The notes under the pieces are model-generated. The model worked only from the letters and a program-made list of their open reading frames with translations. It had not been told where the DNA came from and did no database searches. The position numbers and the translations under genes are program-made. Below are positions 1 through 7,403 of a DNA stretch of 15,075 bases, in pieces; the first letter of the stretch is position 1; each line of letters starts with the position of its first letter. The stretch lies in the NCBI GenBank assembly GCA_036497785.1, contig DASXIW010000209.1, positions 1 to 15,075 of the forward strand. The letters are read 5' to 3'. The DNA is from Acetobacteraceae bacterium (GTDB lineage Bacteria > Pseudomonadota > Alphaproteobacteria > Acetobacterales > Acetobacteraceae).

Positions 1-153
1 CTGTTCGGCCAAGGCCTTCACTTCGGAGGCCACCACGGCAAAACCGCGGCCGGCCTCGCCGGCGCGGGCCGCCTCGATGGTGGCGTTCAGCGCCAAGAGA
101 TTGGTCTGTCCGGCGATGGTATTGATCAGTTCGACGACATCGCCGATCCGCGC
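1..153 (-). pseudogene. MCP signalling-domain fragment, partial; continues off the left edge and lacks its N-terminal half
   Basis: Reverse-complement of 1-153 translates to [51 protein letters not shown]. That is the canonical hairpin-tip motif of MCP signalling domains. Upstream on this strand (coordinates above 155) the frame reads [11 protein letters not shown]..., not coiled-coil, and it is antisense to the plus-strand MCP copy. So the N-terminal arm, HAMP and sensor cannot be present. Confidence 0.5.
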
Positions 154-361
154 CGCCGCCCAGGCCCGCAAATCCGCCGGCCAGGTGAAGGATCTGGCGG
201 ACACGGCGACGCGGATCGGCGAGGTGGTGCGCCTGATAGAAGGCATCGCCGCCCAGACCAACCTGCTGGCGCTGAACGCCACCATCGAGGCGGCCCGCGC
301 CGGCGAGGCGGGGCGCGGCTTCGCCGTGGTCGCCAACGAGGTGAAAGGTCTGGCGACGCAG
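1..361. repeat. Inverted repeat of two MCP coding fragments: arms about 1-150 and 212-361, about 55-bp spacer, symmetric about position 181
   Basis: Direct comparison of revcomp(1-155) with 201-361 gives roughly 80-85% nucleotide identity. An identical 43-nt core sits at 53-95 and 267-309. The repeat probably continues beyond the window start. Confidence 0.7.
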
Positions 362-729
362 ACCGCGCGCGCCACCAACAACATCGCCGCGCAGATCGCC
401 GCCATCCAAACCCGCACCCAGGCGGCAGTGGACGCCATCCGCGACGTTGCCGAACAGGTCGAAGGCGTTTTTCCAGCATCGCCACAGGCATGGCCGGCGC
501 GGTGGAACAGCAGCGCGCCGCGACCGGCGAAATCGCCCGCAGCGTGCAAGTGGCAGCCCTCGGCACTGGCGCAGTAACGCAAGGCGCCGGCCGCGTGCAA
601 AATCACACCCAGGACACCAGCGGCGAAGCCGATCGGCTGATCGCGGCAACCTCCTCCGTCATGTCCGAACTCGGCCGCCTGCGCGGCACGGTGGAAACGT
701 TCCTCGGAGAGGTGCGTTCGGCGGCGTGA
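152..729 (+). pseudogene. MCP, C-terminal signalling domain only, frameshifted
   Basis: Frame of ORF 77..577 encodes ...[53 protein letters not shown]...[10 protein letters not shown]. The conserved continuation [26 protein letters not shown]...[11 protein letters not shown] follows in the frame of ORF 490..729. A run of five T at 468-472 is the likely one-base indel site. No MCP-like sequence lies upstream of about 150; the boundary is approximate. Confidence 0.6.
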
Positions 730-735
730 TCGCGG

Positions 736-771
736 CACCAAGCTGCCCCGCTGATGTGGGGCAGCTTGGTG
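736..771. terminator. Stem-loop (14-bp stem caccaagctgcccc / ggggcagcttggtg, 8-nt loop) between convergent MCP remnant and DUF979 gene
   Basis: Perfect inverted repeat read directly from sequence. No U-tract on either side, so function as an intrinsic terminator is uncertain. Confidence 0.35.
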
Positions 772-792
772 CAGCGGTACGACGCGGCCGGC

Positions 793-1749
793 TCAGCGTG
801 GAAAGGCGAAAAAATACATCAGCAGCGTGTTGCAGATCAGCAGCAGCAATCCGGTCGTCACCTGCACCTTGATGACGCCGTAGCGATCCTTCAATTCCAG
901 CAGCGCCGCCGGTACAATGTTGAAATTGGCGGCCATTGGCGTCATCAGCGTGCCGCAGAAGCCGGACAGCATGCCCAGCGCCGAGACGACGACCGGGTCG
1001 CCATGAAACTGCGTGACGATCAGCGGCAGACCGATGCCAGCGGTCATTACCGGAAAAGCCGCTAACGCATTGCCCATCACGATCGTGAACAACGCCATGC
1101 CGATCGTGAAGGTCGCGATCACAACAAAGCTGCTGGTCATCGGCACGTAATCGGTCACCAGCGTGGCGACCACCTTGCCCACGCCCGCCAACGCGAACAG
1201 CGCCCCGAGGGCGGCCAGCATCTGCGGCAGCACCGCGGCCCAGCCCACGCTGTCGATCAGCCGTCGTCCCTCATGCAGCGGCGCGGTTGGTGGCGGCCGC
1301 AGGATCGCCAATCCAACGATCAGCGCGCAGATCACGCCGAGCGCCAGGGAAATCACCGTCACCTGGGCCGGATCGACCAGCGGCGCGCCGCCGATCGTCA
1401 CGTATTTCAGGAACAAAGTGCCAAGCACGGCCACGGCCGGGATGATCAGCGCCGGCACGAAGAGCAAGTTCCCCCAACGCGCCGCACTCGCCACACGCTG
1501 CTCAGTCGTCGTGCTACGGACCGCGCCGGGCCGCAGACCACCAATGCCGGCCAATGCTACCATCACCAAGACGATCGCGCCATTGACCGTGTCTGGCAAA
1601 TGCGAACCGAACAGGAAGCTGACGGCATAGGCGCCCCAGAACACCGCGCTGCGCCAACGGTGCGGATTTGCCCGGTCGAGCGCGTGCTGCACGGCGAAGG
1701 CACCGAACATCAGCCCGGCAAGAATGTACACATATTCAAGACCGATCAC
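793..1749 (-). CDS. DUF979-like polytopic membrane protein, 318 aa
   Basis: C-terminal 318 codons of ORF 793..2241 are hydrophobic multi-TM (VVIGLEYVYILAGLMFGAF...GIGLPLIVTQFHGDPVVVSALGMLSGFCGTLMTPMAANFNIVPAALLEL...). GTG start at 1749..1747 overlaps the TGA stop of the upstream gene (GTGA). GGGAG sits 8 nt upstream. The N-terminal 164 codons of the track ORF are antisense shadow. The family name is recalled from memory, not searched. Confidence 0.7.
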   Translation of the reverse strand: MIGLEYVYILAGLMFGAFAVQHALDRANPHRWRSAVFWGAYAVSFLFGSHLPDTVNGAIVLVMVALAGIGGLRPGAVRSTTTEQRVASAARWGNLLFVPALIIPAVAVLGTLFLKYVTIGGAPLVDPAQVTVISLALGVICALIVGLAILRPPPTAPLHEGRRLIDSVGWAAVLPQMLAALGALFALAGVGKVVATLVTDYVPMTSSFVVIATFTIGMALFTIVMGNALAAFPVMTAGIGLPLIVTQFHGDPVVVSALGMLSGFCGTLMTPMAANFNIVPAALLELKDRYGVIKVQVTTGLLLLICNTLLMYFFAFPR

Positions 1750-2417
1750 GACCGGCGCTCCCGTGCCTGCTTCAGACGCCGGTCGAGCAGCAGCAGGCGT
1801 GCCCCGTGGATGATGAAAGCGAGAATCGCTGTGGGGATCGCCCACACGGCGAGGTCGGTCGGCTGCACGGTGATGCCGCTCTGCTGCAGCACGCCCTTGA
1901 TCAGCAGGATCGAGCCGATGGCGATGAAGATGTCCTCGCCGAAGAACACGCCGATATTGTCCACCGCCGCCGCATTCGCGCGGATCGTCATGCGCGTCTC
2001 CTCGTCGATCGGGCCAAGATTCTCCTCGGCCGCCTCGGCCATCGGCGCGATCAGCGGACGCACCATCTGCGCGTGGCCGCCGATCGAGGTAAGGCCGACG
2101 GCCGCGGTGAGCTGGCGGAACAGCATGTAGACGATCAGCAGGCGCCCCACGGTCGCGGCATGAACATGCCCGATAAGCGTATGCGCCCGCTCGCGCAGGC
2201 CAGCGCGCTCCAGCAGGCCGATCACCGGCACCACCAGCCACACGATCGCCACATAGCGGCTGGTGATGAAGGCGTGGCCGAAATCGGCAAGCACCGCCGC
2301 CGGATCGATGCCGGCCGCGAGGCCAGTGACGAAGCCGGCGACGGTGACGACAAGCAGCGGGTTGAGGCCGGCGACGAAGCCGACAATCACCACGAGTATG
2401 CCGGACAAGACAAGCAT
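1746..2417 (-). CDS. DUF969-like membrane protein, 223 aa
   Basis: ORF MLVLSGILVVIVGFVAGLNPLLVVTVAGFV... has ATG at 2417..2415 and several hydrophobic segments. Its stop overlaps the start of the DUF979-like gene. Paired DUF969/DUF979 genes are a known co-occurring couple. Confidence 0.75.
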   Translation of the reverse strand: MLVLSGILVVIVGFVAGLNPLLVVTVAGFVTGLAAGIDPAAVLADFGHAFITSRYVAIVWLVVPVIGLLERAGLRERAHTLIGHVHAATVGRLLIVYMLFRQLTAAVGLTSIGGHAQMVRPLIAPMAEAAEENLGPIDEETRMTIRANAAAVDNIGVFFGEDIFIAIGSILLIKGVLQQSGITVQPTDLAVWAIPTAILAFIIHGARLLLLDRRLKQARERRS

Positions 2418-2436
2418 CGAAACGGAACCCTTTCTT

Positions 2437-2466
2437 GGGCGCTACGAAGTGGGGCGCTACGAAGTG
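2437..2466. repeat. Exact 15-bp tandem duplication gggcgctacgaagtg x2 in the mtnP-DUF969 intergenic region
   Basis: Copies at 2437-2451 and 2452-2466, read directly. They lie 21-50 nt upstream of the DUF969 ATG on the coding strand. Confidence 0.8.
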
Positions 2467-2484
2467 GCAGCGTCTGGCGCAGCT

Positions 2485-3381
2485 TTACGCCGCGAACACC
2501 CGCGCGGTGATCGCGTCCAGCTTTGCCATCAGCGCCGGGTCGCGCTTGTCGGGGGCGGTGATGACGGCGTTGTCCAGGGCACGGTCGCAGCCGGCGGGGC
2601 ACGGGCCACGCGGAACACCCAGGCCCGGCACCACGGCCTTCACCAAGGCACGGCCTTTATCGGCGTTGCCCAGCAGCACCTTGACCACGGCATCCACTGT
2701 CACGTGGTCATGGTCCGCGTGCCAACAGTCGAAATCGGTCACCATGGCCACGGTGGCGTAACAAATCTCGGCTTCGCGGGCGAGCTTGGCTTCCGGCATA
2801 TTGGTCATGCCAATCACACTGCAGCCCCAGCTTCGATACAGCTCGCTTTCCGCCTTGGTGGAGAATTGGGGGCCTTCCATCACCAGATAGCTGCCGCCGC
2901 GTGAAACCGGCAGGCCCAGGCCACGCGCAGCACCTTCCAGCGCGTCGCCAAGGCGGGGGCAAACGGGATGCGCCACCGAGACATGGGCCACGCACCCATC
3001 GCCGAAAAAGCTCTTCTCGCGGGCAAAGCTGCGGTCGATGAACTGATCGATGATGACGAAATGGCCGGGCGGCAACGCCTCCTTCAGGCTACCGACCGCC
3101 GACAGCGACAGGATGTCGGTGCAGCCCGCGCGCTTCATCACGTCGATATTTGCGCGATAGTTCAGATGGCTCGGCGACAGGCGATGGCCACGCCCGTGGC
3201 GGGGCAGGAACACGCAACGCACCCCATCCAGCCAACCCTCCAGAATTTCGTCGGACGGCTCGCCCCAGGGCGACGTTACGCGGCGCCAGGCTTTATCCTG
3301 CAACCCCTCGATATCGTAGATCCCCGAACCGCCGATAATGCCGATCACCGGCGTGATCTGGCCGGATGCTTGGTCTGCCAT
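2485..3381 (-). CDS. mtnP: S-methyl-5'-thioadenosine phosphorylase
   Basis: ITPVIGIIGGSGIYD...FLPRHGRGHRLSPSHLNYRANIDVMKRAGCTDILSLSAVGSL...MTNMPEAKLAREAEICYATVAMVTDFDCW matches MTAP/PNP-family signatures. GAGGAG lies 9 nt upstream of the ATG at 3381. The alternative ATG at 3390 has zero spacing to GAGGAG and is less likely. Confidence 0.9.
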   Translation of the reverse strand: MADQASGQITPVIGIIGGSGIYDIEGLQDKAWRRVTSPWGEPSDEILEGWLDGVRCVFLPRHGRGHRLSPSHLNYRANIDVMKRAGCTDILSLSAVGSLKEALPPGHFVIIDQFIDRSFAREKSFFGDGCVAHVSVAHPVCPRLGDALEGAARGLGLPVSRGGSYLVMEGPQFSTKAESELYRSWGCSVIGMTNMPEAKLAREAEICYATVAMVTDFDCWHADHDHVTVDAVVKVLLGNADKGRALVKAVVPGLGVPRGPCPAGCDRALDNAVITAPDKRDPALMAKLDAITARVFAA

Positions 3382-3403
3382 GTCAGTCATCTCCTCAAAC
3401 GAG

Positions 3404-3431
3404 ATCGCCGCATCCCGGAGGATGCGGCGAT
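3404..3431. terminator. Perfect hairpin (12-bp stem atcgccgcatcc / ggatgcggcgat, 4-nt loop) between the petC stop and the mtnP RBS
   Basis: Read directly. On the coding (minus) strand it is followed by cucguuug, a weak U-tract. It could be a partial terminator or a processing/attenuation element. Confidence 0.4.
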
Positions 3432-3454
3432 TTCACCCGGTCAATGTAAATCGC

Positions 3455-4216
3455 TTAGTGCTCTACGTCGGCCCACACCTTGCGCTTGACCGCATAGGTC
3501 AGACCGGTGAGCAAGGCAAGGAACAGCACCATGCGCACGCCGATGCGCTTGCGCTGTTCCATCTCGGGTTCGGAGATGAACGCGAGGAAGGTAACGACGT
3601 CGTGCGCCTCGTCTTGAATGGAGTTCGGGCTGCCGTCGCCGAAGGTCACTTGGCCAGCCTGCAGCGGCTGCGGCATGGCGATCTGATGGCCCGGGAAATA
3701 TTTGTTGTAGTTCATCCCCTCGCCCATCTTCATGTCGGCCGGCGGGTCGGAATAGCCGGTCAGCACGCCGAAGATATAATCGGCGCCGCCTTCGCGGGCT
3801 TTCACGATAACCGACAGATCGGGCGGCAGCGCGCCATTATTGGCCGCGCGGGCGGCCTGCTCGTTGGGGAAGGGCGCGCGAAAATGATCGGCCGGAAGCG
3901 CCGGACGTTCCGTGGGCTGGCCGTCATCGCCGATTGTGGGCACCGACACGCTGGCCGCCGTCGCCTTGATCTGCTCCTCCGTCAGGCCGATGCCGCTGAG
4001 GTTGCGGAAATAGGCCTGCTTCAAGGAATGGCAGTTGGAACAAACCTCCTTGTAGACCTGGTAGCCACGCTGGGCGGCGGCGCGATCGAACGTGCCGAAC
4101 GGACCGGCGAAGCTCCAGCTCTGCCTCGGCAGCGGCGGCGGCTCCTGCGCCATGGCGGGGATGGCGACGAAGCCTGCGAGCAGCGCGCCGATGGCGGCGA
4201 GATGAACTGGACGCAT
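3455..4216 (-). CDS. petC: Cytochrome c1 of the ubiquinol-cytochrome c reductase, 253 aa
   Basis: Signal peptide [23 protein letters not shown]. Heme motif CSNCHS. C-terminal membrane anchor RMVLFLALLTGLTYAVKRK. ATG at 4216..4214 overlaps the cytochrome b TAA stop (TAATG). Confidence 0.9.
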   Translation of the reverse strand: MRPVHLAAIGALLAGFVAIPAMAQEPPPLPRQSWSFAGPFGTFDRAAAQRGYQVYKEVCSNCHSLKQAYFRNLSGIGLTEEQIKATAASVSVPTIGDDGQPTERPALPADHFRAPFPNEQAARAANNGALPPDLSVIVKAREGGADYIFGVLTGYSDPPADMKMGEGMNYNKYFPGHQIAMPQPLQAGQVTFGDGSPNSIQDEAHDVVTFLAFISEPEMEQRKRIGVRMVLFLALLTGLTYAVKRKVWADVEH

Positions 4217-5487
4217 TAGATTTTCTCCATCGGCTTGGCTGCGGCCCCACCCGGCAATGGTCCTCCGCCGGTCACGATCACGGGCCGGCTGATGCTTTCG
4301 GGCAATGGCAGCGTCCGCTCCAGCTTGCCCAGCAGCGGCAGCAGAACCAGGAAGTGCAGGAAATAATACACCGTGCCGACTCGGCCGAGCAGCACCCAGA
4401 TGCCTTCTGGCCGATGCGCGCCAACCATGCCCAACGTCACCAGCGCCAACACCAGCACCACCATCAGTTTGCGGTAGATCGGGCGGAACTTGCAGCTGCG
4501 CACCGGACTGGTATCGAGCCAGGGCAGCACGAACAGCACCGCGATGGCGCCGAACATCATGCAGACACCGAGCAGCTTGTTCGAGACGGAGCGCAATATC
4601 GCGTAGAACGGCAGGAAGTACCATTCCGGCACGATATCCGCCGGCGTCGCCAAGGGGTTGGCCGGGATGTAGTTATCCGGCGCCATGAAGAAATTCGGCG
4701 CGAAGAACACGACGACGGCGAAAATCAGCAGGAACACGCAAACGCCGATGCTGTCCTTCGCGGTGTAGTAAGGGTGGAAGGGCAGCGTGTCCTGCGGCCC
4801 CTTCACATCGATCCCGAGCGGGTTGTTCGAGCCCGTCACATGCAACGCCGCCACGTGCAGAAAAATCACCCCGGTCAGCACGAAGGGCAGCAAATAATGC
4901 AGGCTGAAGAAGCGGTTCAGCGTCGGATTATCCACAGAAAACCCGCCCCACAGCCACTGGACCACGCTTTCGCCGACCAGCGGAATGGCCGAGAACAAAT
5001 TGGTGATGACGGTGGCCCCCCAATAGGACATCTGCCCCCAGGGAAGCACGTAACCCATGAACGCGGTGGCCATCATCAGCAACAGGATCACCACGCCGAT
5101 CATCCACAGCAATTCGCGCGGTTTCTTGTAGGAGCCGTAATAGAGCCCGCGGAAAATATGGATGTAGGTGACGATGAAGAACATCGTCGCCCCGTTGGCG
5201 TGCACGTAGCGAAGCAGCCAGCCAAAATTCACGTCGCGCATGATGCGTTCGACACTGTCGAAGGCCATGCCGGCATTCGGTGTGTAATTCATCGCGAGGC
5301 AGATGCCCGTCACGATCATGATCGCCAGGTTCACTGTCGCGAGCGCGCCGAAGTTCCAAAAATAATTGAAGTTCTTCGGGGTAGGGAACTGCCCGTATTC
5401 CTTCTGCATCATGGTGAAGACAGGCAGGCGCGTATCGATCCAGTTGATCACAGGGTTGGTGAATTCGCTCTTGTGCAGGCCGGCCAT
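4216..5487 (-). CDS. petB: Cytochrome b of the bc1 complex, 423 aa
   Basis: [24 protein letters not shown]...[12 protein letters not shown]...[28 protein letters not shown]... are classic cytochrome b motifs. GGAG lies 9 nt upstream of the ATG. Confidence 0.95.
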   Translation of the reverse strand: MAGLHKSEFTNPVINWIDTRLPVFTMMQKEYGQFPTPKNFNYFWNFGALATVNLAIMIVTGICLAMNYTPNAGMAFDSVERIMRDVNFGWLLRYVHANGATMFFIVTYIHIFRGLYYGSYKKPRELLWMIGVVILLLMMATAFMGYVLPWGQMSYWGATVITNLFSAIPLVGESVVQWLWGGFSVDNPTLNRFFSLHYLLPFVLTGVIFLHVAALHVTGSNNPLGIDVKGPQDTLPFHPYYTAKDSIGVCVFLLIFAVVVFFAPNFFMAPDNYIPANPLATPADIVPEWYFLPFYAILRSVSNKLLGVCMMFGAIAVLFVLPWLDTSPVRSCKFRPIYRKLMVVLVLALVTLGMVGAHRPEGIWVLLGRVGTVYYFLHFLVLLPLLGKLERTLPLPESISRPVIVTGGGPLPGGAAAKPMEKI

Positions 5488-5545
5488 TGCTATGTGCTCC
5501 GAGACGTCGACAGGGACTCAGTGATCGCGGGTGCGATCGTCGGGG

Positions 5546-6133
5546 TCAGCCAATCTTGACTTTGGTGTCAGACTCGAAGGCGTATGGCGCGAGCGCCAGG
5601 TTCAGCGGCGCTGGGCCGTGGCGCACGCGGCCGGACGTATCGTACTGGCTGCCATGGCAGGGGCAGAACCAGCCGCCCCAGTCGCCGCGCGGATCGGTGG
5701 GCTTGTTTCCAAGCGGGATGCAACCGAGATGCGTGCAGATGCCGATCACCACCAGCCATTGCTCGTGCCCCTTCTTCACCCTGTCCGCGTCGGTCTGCGG
5801 GTCGATCAGGTCACTGAGCTTGACGTCCTGCGCTGCCTTGATCTCGGTCGGGGTGCGATGACGCACGAACATCGGCTTGCCGCGCCACAACACGGTGATC
5901 CCCTGCCCTTCGGGGATCGGCGTCAGGTCCACTTCGGTGGAAGATAGCGCCAACGCGTCAGCGGCCGGGTTCATGCTGTCGATCAGCGGCCAGGCGATCG
6001 CCCCGACGCCGACCGCAGCGGTTGCGGCCGTCGCCAGAATCAGGAAATCCCGTTTCGTACCCTCGCCCTGCGCGGCGGCCCCGCCATGCGCCGCATGCAC
6101 GGCATCCCCGGTCGTTATCGTTGTATCGGCCAT
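5546..6133 (-). CDS. petA: Ubiquinol-cytochrome c reductase iron-sulfur (Rieske) subunit, 195 aa
   Basis: CTHLGCIP and CPCHGSQYD Rieske boxes. Tat-like signal [23 protein letters not shown] at 6133..6131 is preceded by GAGG. The upstream 75 codons of track ORF 5546..6358 are not needed. Confidence 0.9.
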   Translation of the reverse strand: MADTTITTGDAVHAAHGGAAAQGEGTKRDFLILATAATAAVGVGAIAWPLIDSMNPAADALALSSTEVDLTPIPEGQGITVLWRGKPMFVRHRTPTEIKAAQDVKLSDLIDPQTDADRVKKGHEQWLVVIGICTHLGCIPLGNKPTDPRGDWGGWFCPCHGSQYDTSGRVRHGPAPLNLALAPYAFESDTKVKIG

Positions 6134-6356
6134 CGTTACCTCGATCCGCCGTATGCTCGGCGTTGCAATTGACAGGGCATTGCGCACGATTCCAGGCGCT
6201 CCGCAAGCATTCCCCGTCCTTTTCGGGCGCGGATTGTTGCACGAACGTCCAGAACCCCGCTTAGCGTCGTACAGTTTAGGCGGCACACTTCGCCCCTGCA
6301 ACATGTCGGCCGCACGCTTTATGGTTCGATGACCACCTTTAGGACGATTTCCTGTC

Positions 6357-7247
6357 ATGCCAGCCTCTCCCGCCGCCCCCTACGATGCCCTCCGCAGTTC
6401 GGCCCAGGCGTGGTTCGAGGCGCTGCGAGACCGCATCTGTGCCGCGCTCGAGGCGATCGAGGACGAGCCCGACCAGCCGCTCGCCGAACGCCCGGCCGGC
6501 CGCTTCACCCGCACGGCCTGGGATCGGCCAACCGAGGATGCCAGCCCCGGCGGCGGCGGCGTGATGAGCGTGATGCGCGGCCGTGTGTTCGAGAAGGTCG
6601 GCGTGAACGTGTCCACCGTCTGGGGCGAATTCAGCCCGGAATTCCGCGCCTCCATCCCAGGTGCCGCCGAAGACCCCCGATTCTGGGCCAGCGGCATCAG
6701 CCTCGTCGCGCATATGCAAAGCCCACTCGTCCCGGCGGCGCATTTCAACACGCGCATGCTGATCACCACCAAGGGCTGGTTCGGCGGCGGTGGCGACCTC
6801 ACGCCGATGCGCCTTGAGGCGCCGGAGGCCGTGGCCGACGCCGAAACCTTCCACGCCGCCCTGCGCGGCGCCTGCGACCGCCACGACCCCGGCTATTACC
6901 CGGCATTCAAGGCCTGGTGCGACCGCTACTTCTTCCTGCCCCACCGCAACGAGCCGCGCGGCGCCGGCGGCATCTTCTTCGACCATCACGCCACCGGCGA
7001 CGTGGCCGCCGATTTCGCCTTCGTGCGCGATGTCGGTACCGCCTTCGCCGAGTCCTATGCCGGCATCGTCCGCCGCCGCATGCACGCGCCCTGGACCGCC
7101 GAACAACGCCACCATCAACTGGTCCGCCGTGGCCGCTACGTGGAGTTCAACCTGATCCACGACCGCGGCACATTGTTCGGCCTGAAGACCGGCGGCAATG
7201 TCGAAGCCATCCTGATGAGCCTGCCGCCAGAAGTACGCTGGCCCTGA
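6357..7247 (+). CDS. hemF: Oxygen-dependent coproporphyrinogen III oxidase
   Basis: [28 protein letters not shown]...[11 protein letters not shown]...[23 protein letters not shown]...[39 protein letters not shown] is a near-diagnostic HemF signature. Confidence 0.9.
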   Translation: MPASPAAPYDALRSSAQAWFEALRDRICAALEAIEDEPDQPLAERPAGRFTRTAWDRPTEDASPGGGGVMSVMRGRVFEKVGVNVSTVWGEFSPEFRASIPGAAEDPRFWASGISLVAHMQSPLVPAAHFNTRMLITTKGWFGGGGDLTPMRLEAPEAVADAETFHAALRGACDRHDPGYYPAFKAWCDRYFFLPHRNEPRGAGGIFFDHHATGDVAADFAFVRDVGTAFAESYAGIVRRRMHAPWTAEQRHHQLVRRGRYVEFNLIHDRGTLFGLKTGGNVEAILMSLPPEVRWP

Positions 7248-7254
7248 CCACCGC

Positions 7255-7365
7255 CAATATAGGAAATCCATAGTATAATAACGACGACGGCATAGTGGTC
7301 TCATAGGATATACGTCGTTTCCCCAATGCACAGCTTGACCAGTCCCGGCGCTGGTCTATGTGCAT
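7255..7365 (+). promoter_or_regulatory. AT-rich regulatory island upstream of the SPFH gene: perfect TATAAT (7274-7279), CATAG repeats at 7269/7291/7302, TTGACC (7335-7340), flanking IR ATGCACA/TGTGCAT
   Basis: Read directly. The local AT content is very atypical for this GC-rich window. The exact promoter cannot be fixed without data. Confidence 0.3.
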
Positions 7366-7403
7366 TCCGGCCGTCATTTCCGTTTCGCTCATGACGGCGG
7401 CGC

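Noticed and set aside
1-361. Simple fold-back read or MDA chimera explaining the MCP palindrome
   Set aside because: The two arms differ at about 15-20% of positions and the 55-bp spacer is not palindromic. A technical fold-back would give identical arms. An assembly join between two paralogues still cannot be excluded and is listed as the check.
463-475. Programmed -1 ribosomal frameshift at the T run in the MCP
   Set aside because: The 0-frame context ggc gtt ttt cca is not an X XXY YYZ slippery heptamer, and no downstream pseudoknot-like structure is evident. A homopolymer indel, by error or mutation, is the simpler explanation.
126-566. 146-aa minus-strand ORF across the MCP region
   Set aside because: It is in a different frame from the minus-strand MCP homology. 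It has low-complexity RRR/PPP composition and is antisense to the plus-strand MCP.
793-2241. 482-aa minus-strand ORF in the track
   Set aside because: Only the C-terminal 318 codons are membrane-protein-like. The N-terminal 164 codons are Arg/Pro/Gly-rich low-complexity sequence that overlaps the DUF969 gene in another frame. The real start is the RBS-preceded GTG at 1749, which overlaps the DUF969 stop.
3391-3454. SAM-type riboswitch in front of mtnP
   Set aside because: There is only one simple 12-bp hairpin. No pseudoknot or conserved SAM-II/SAM-V-like sequence is discernible by eye, and the leader is too short.
5521-5540. Short inverted repeat gatcgc-N4-gcgatc between petA and petB
   Set aside because: A 6-bp stem in GC-rich DNA is expected by chance and has no flanking features.
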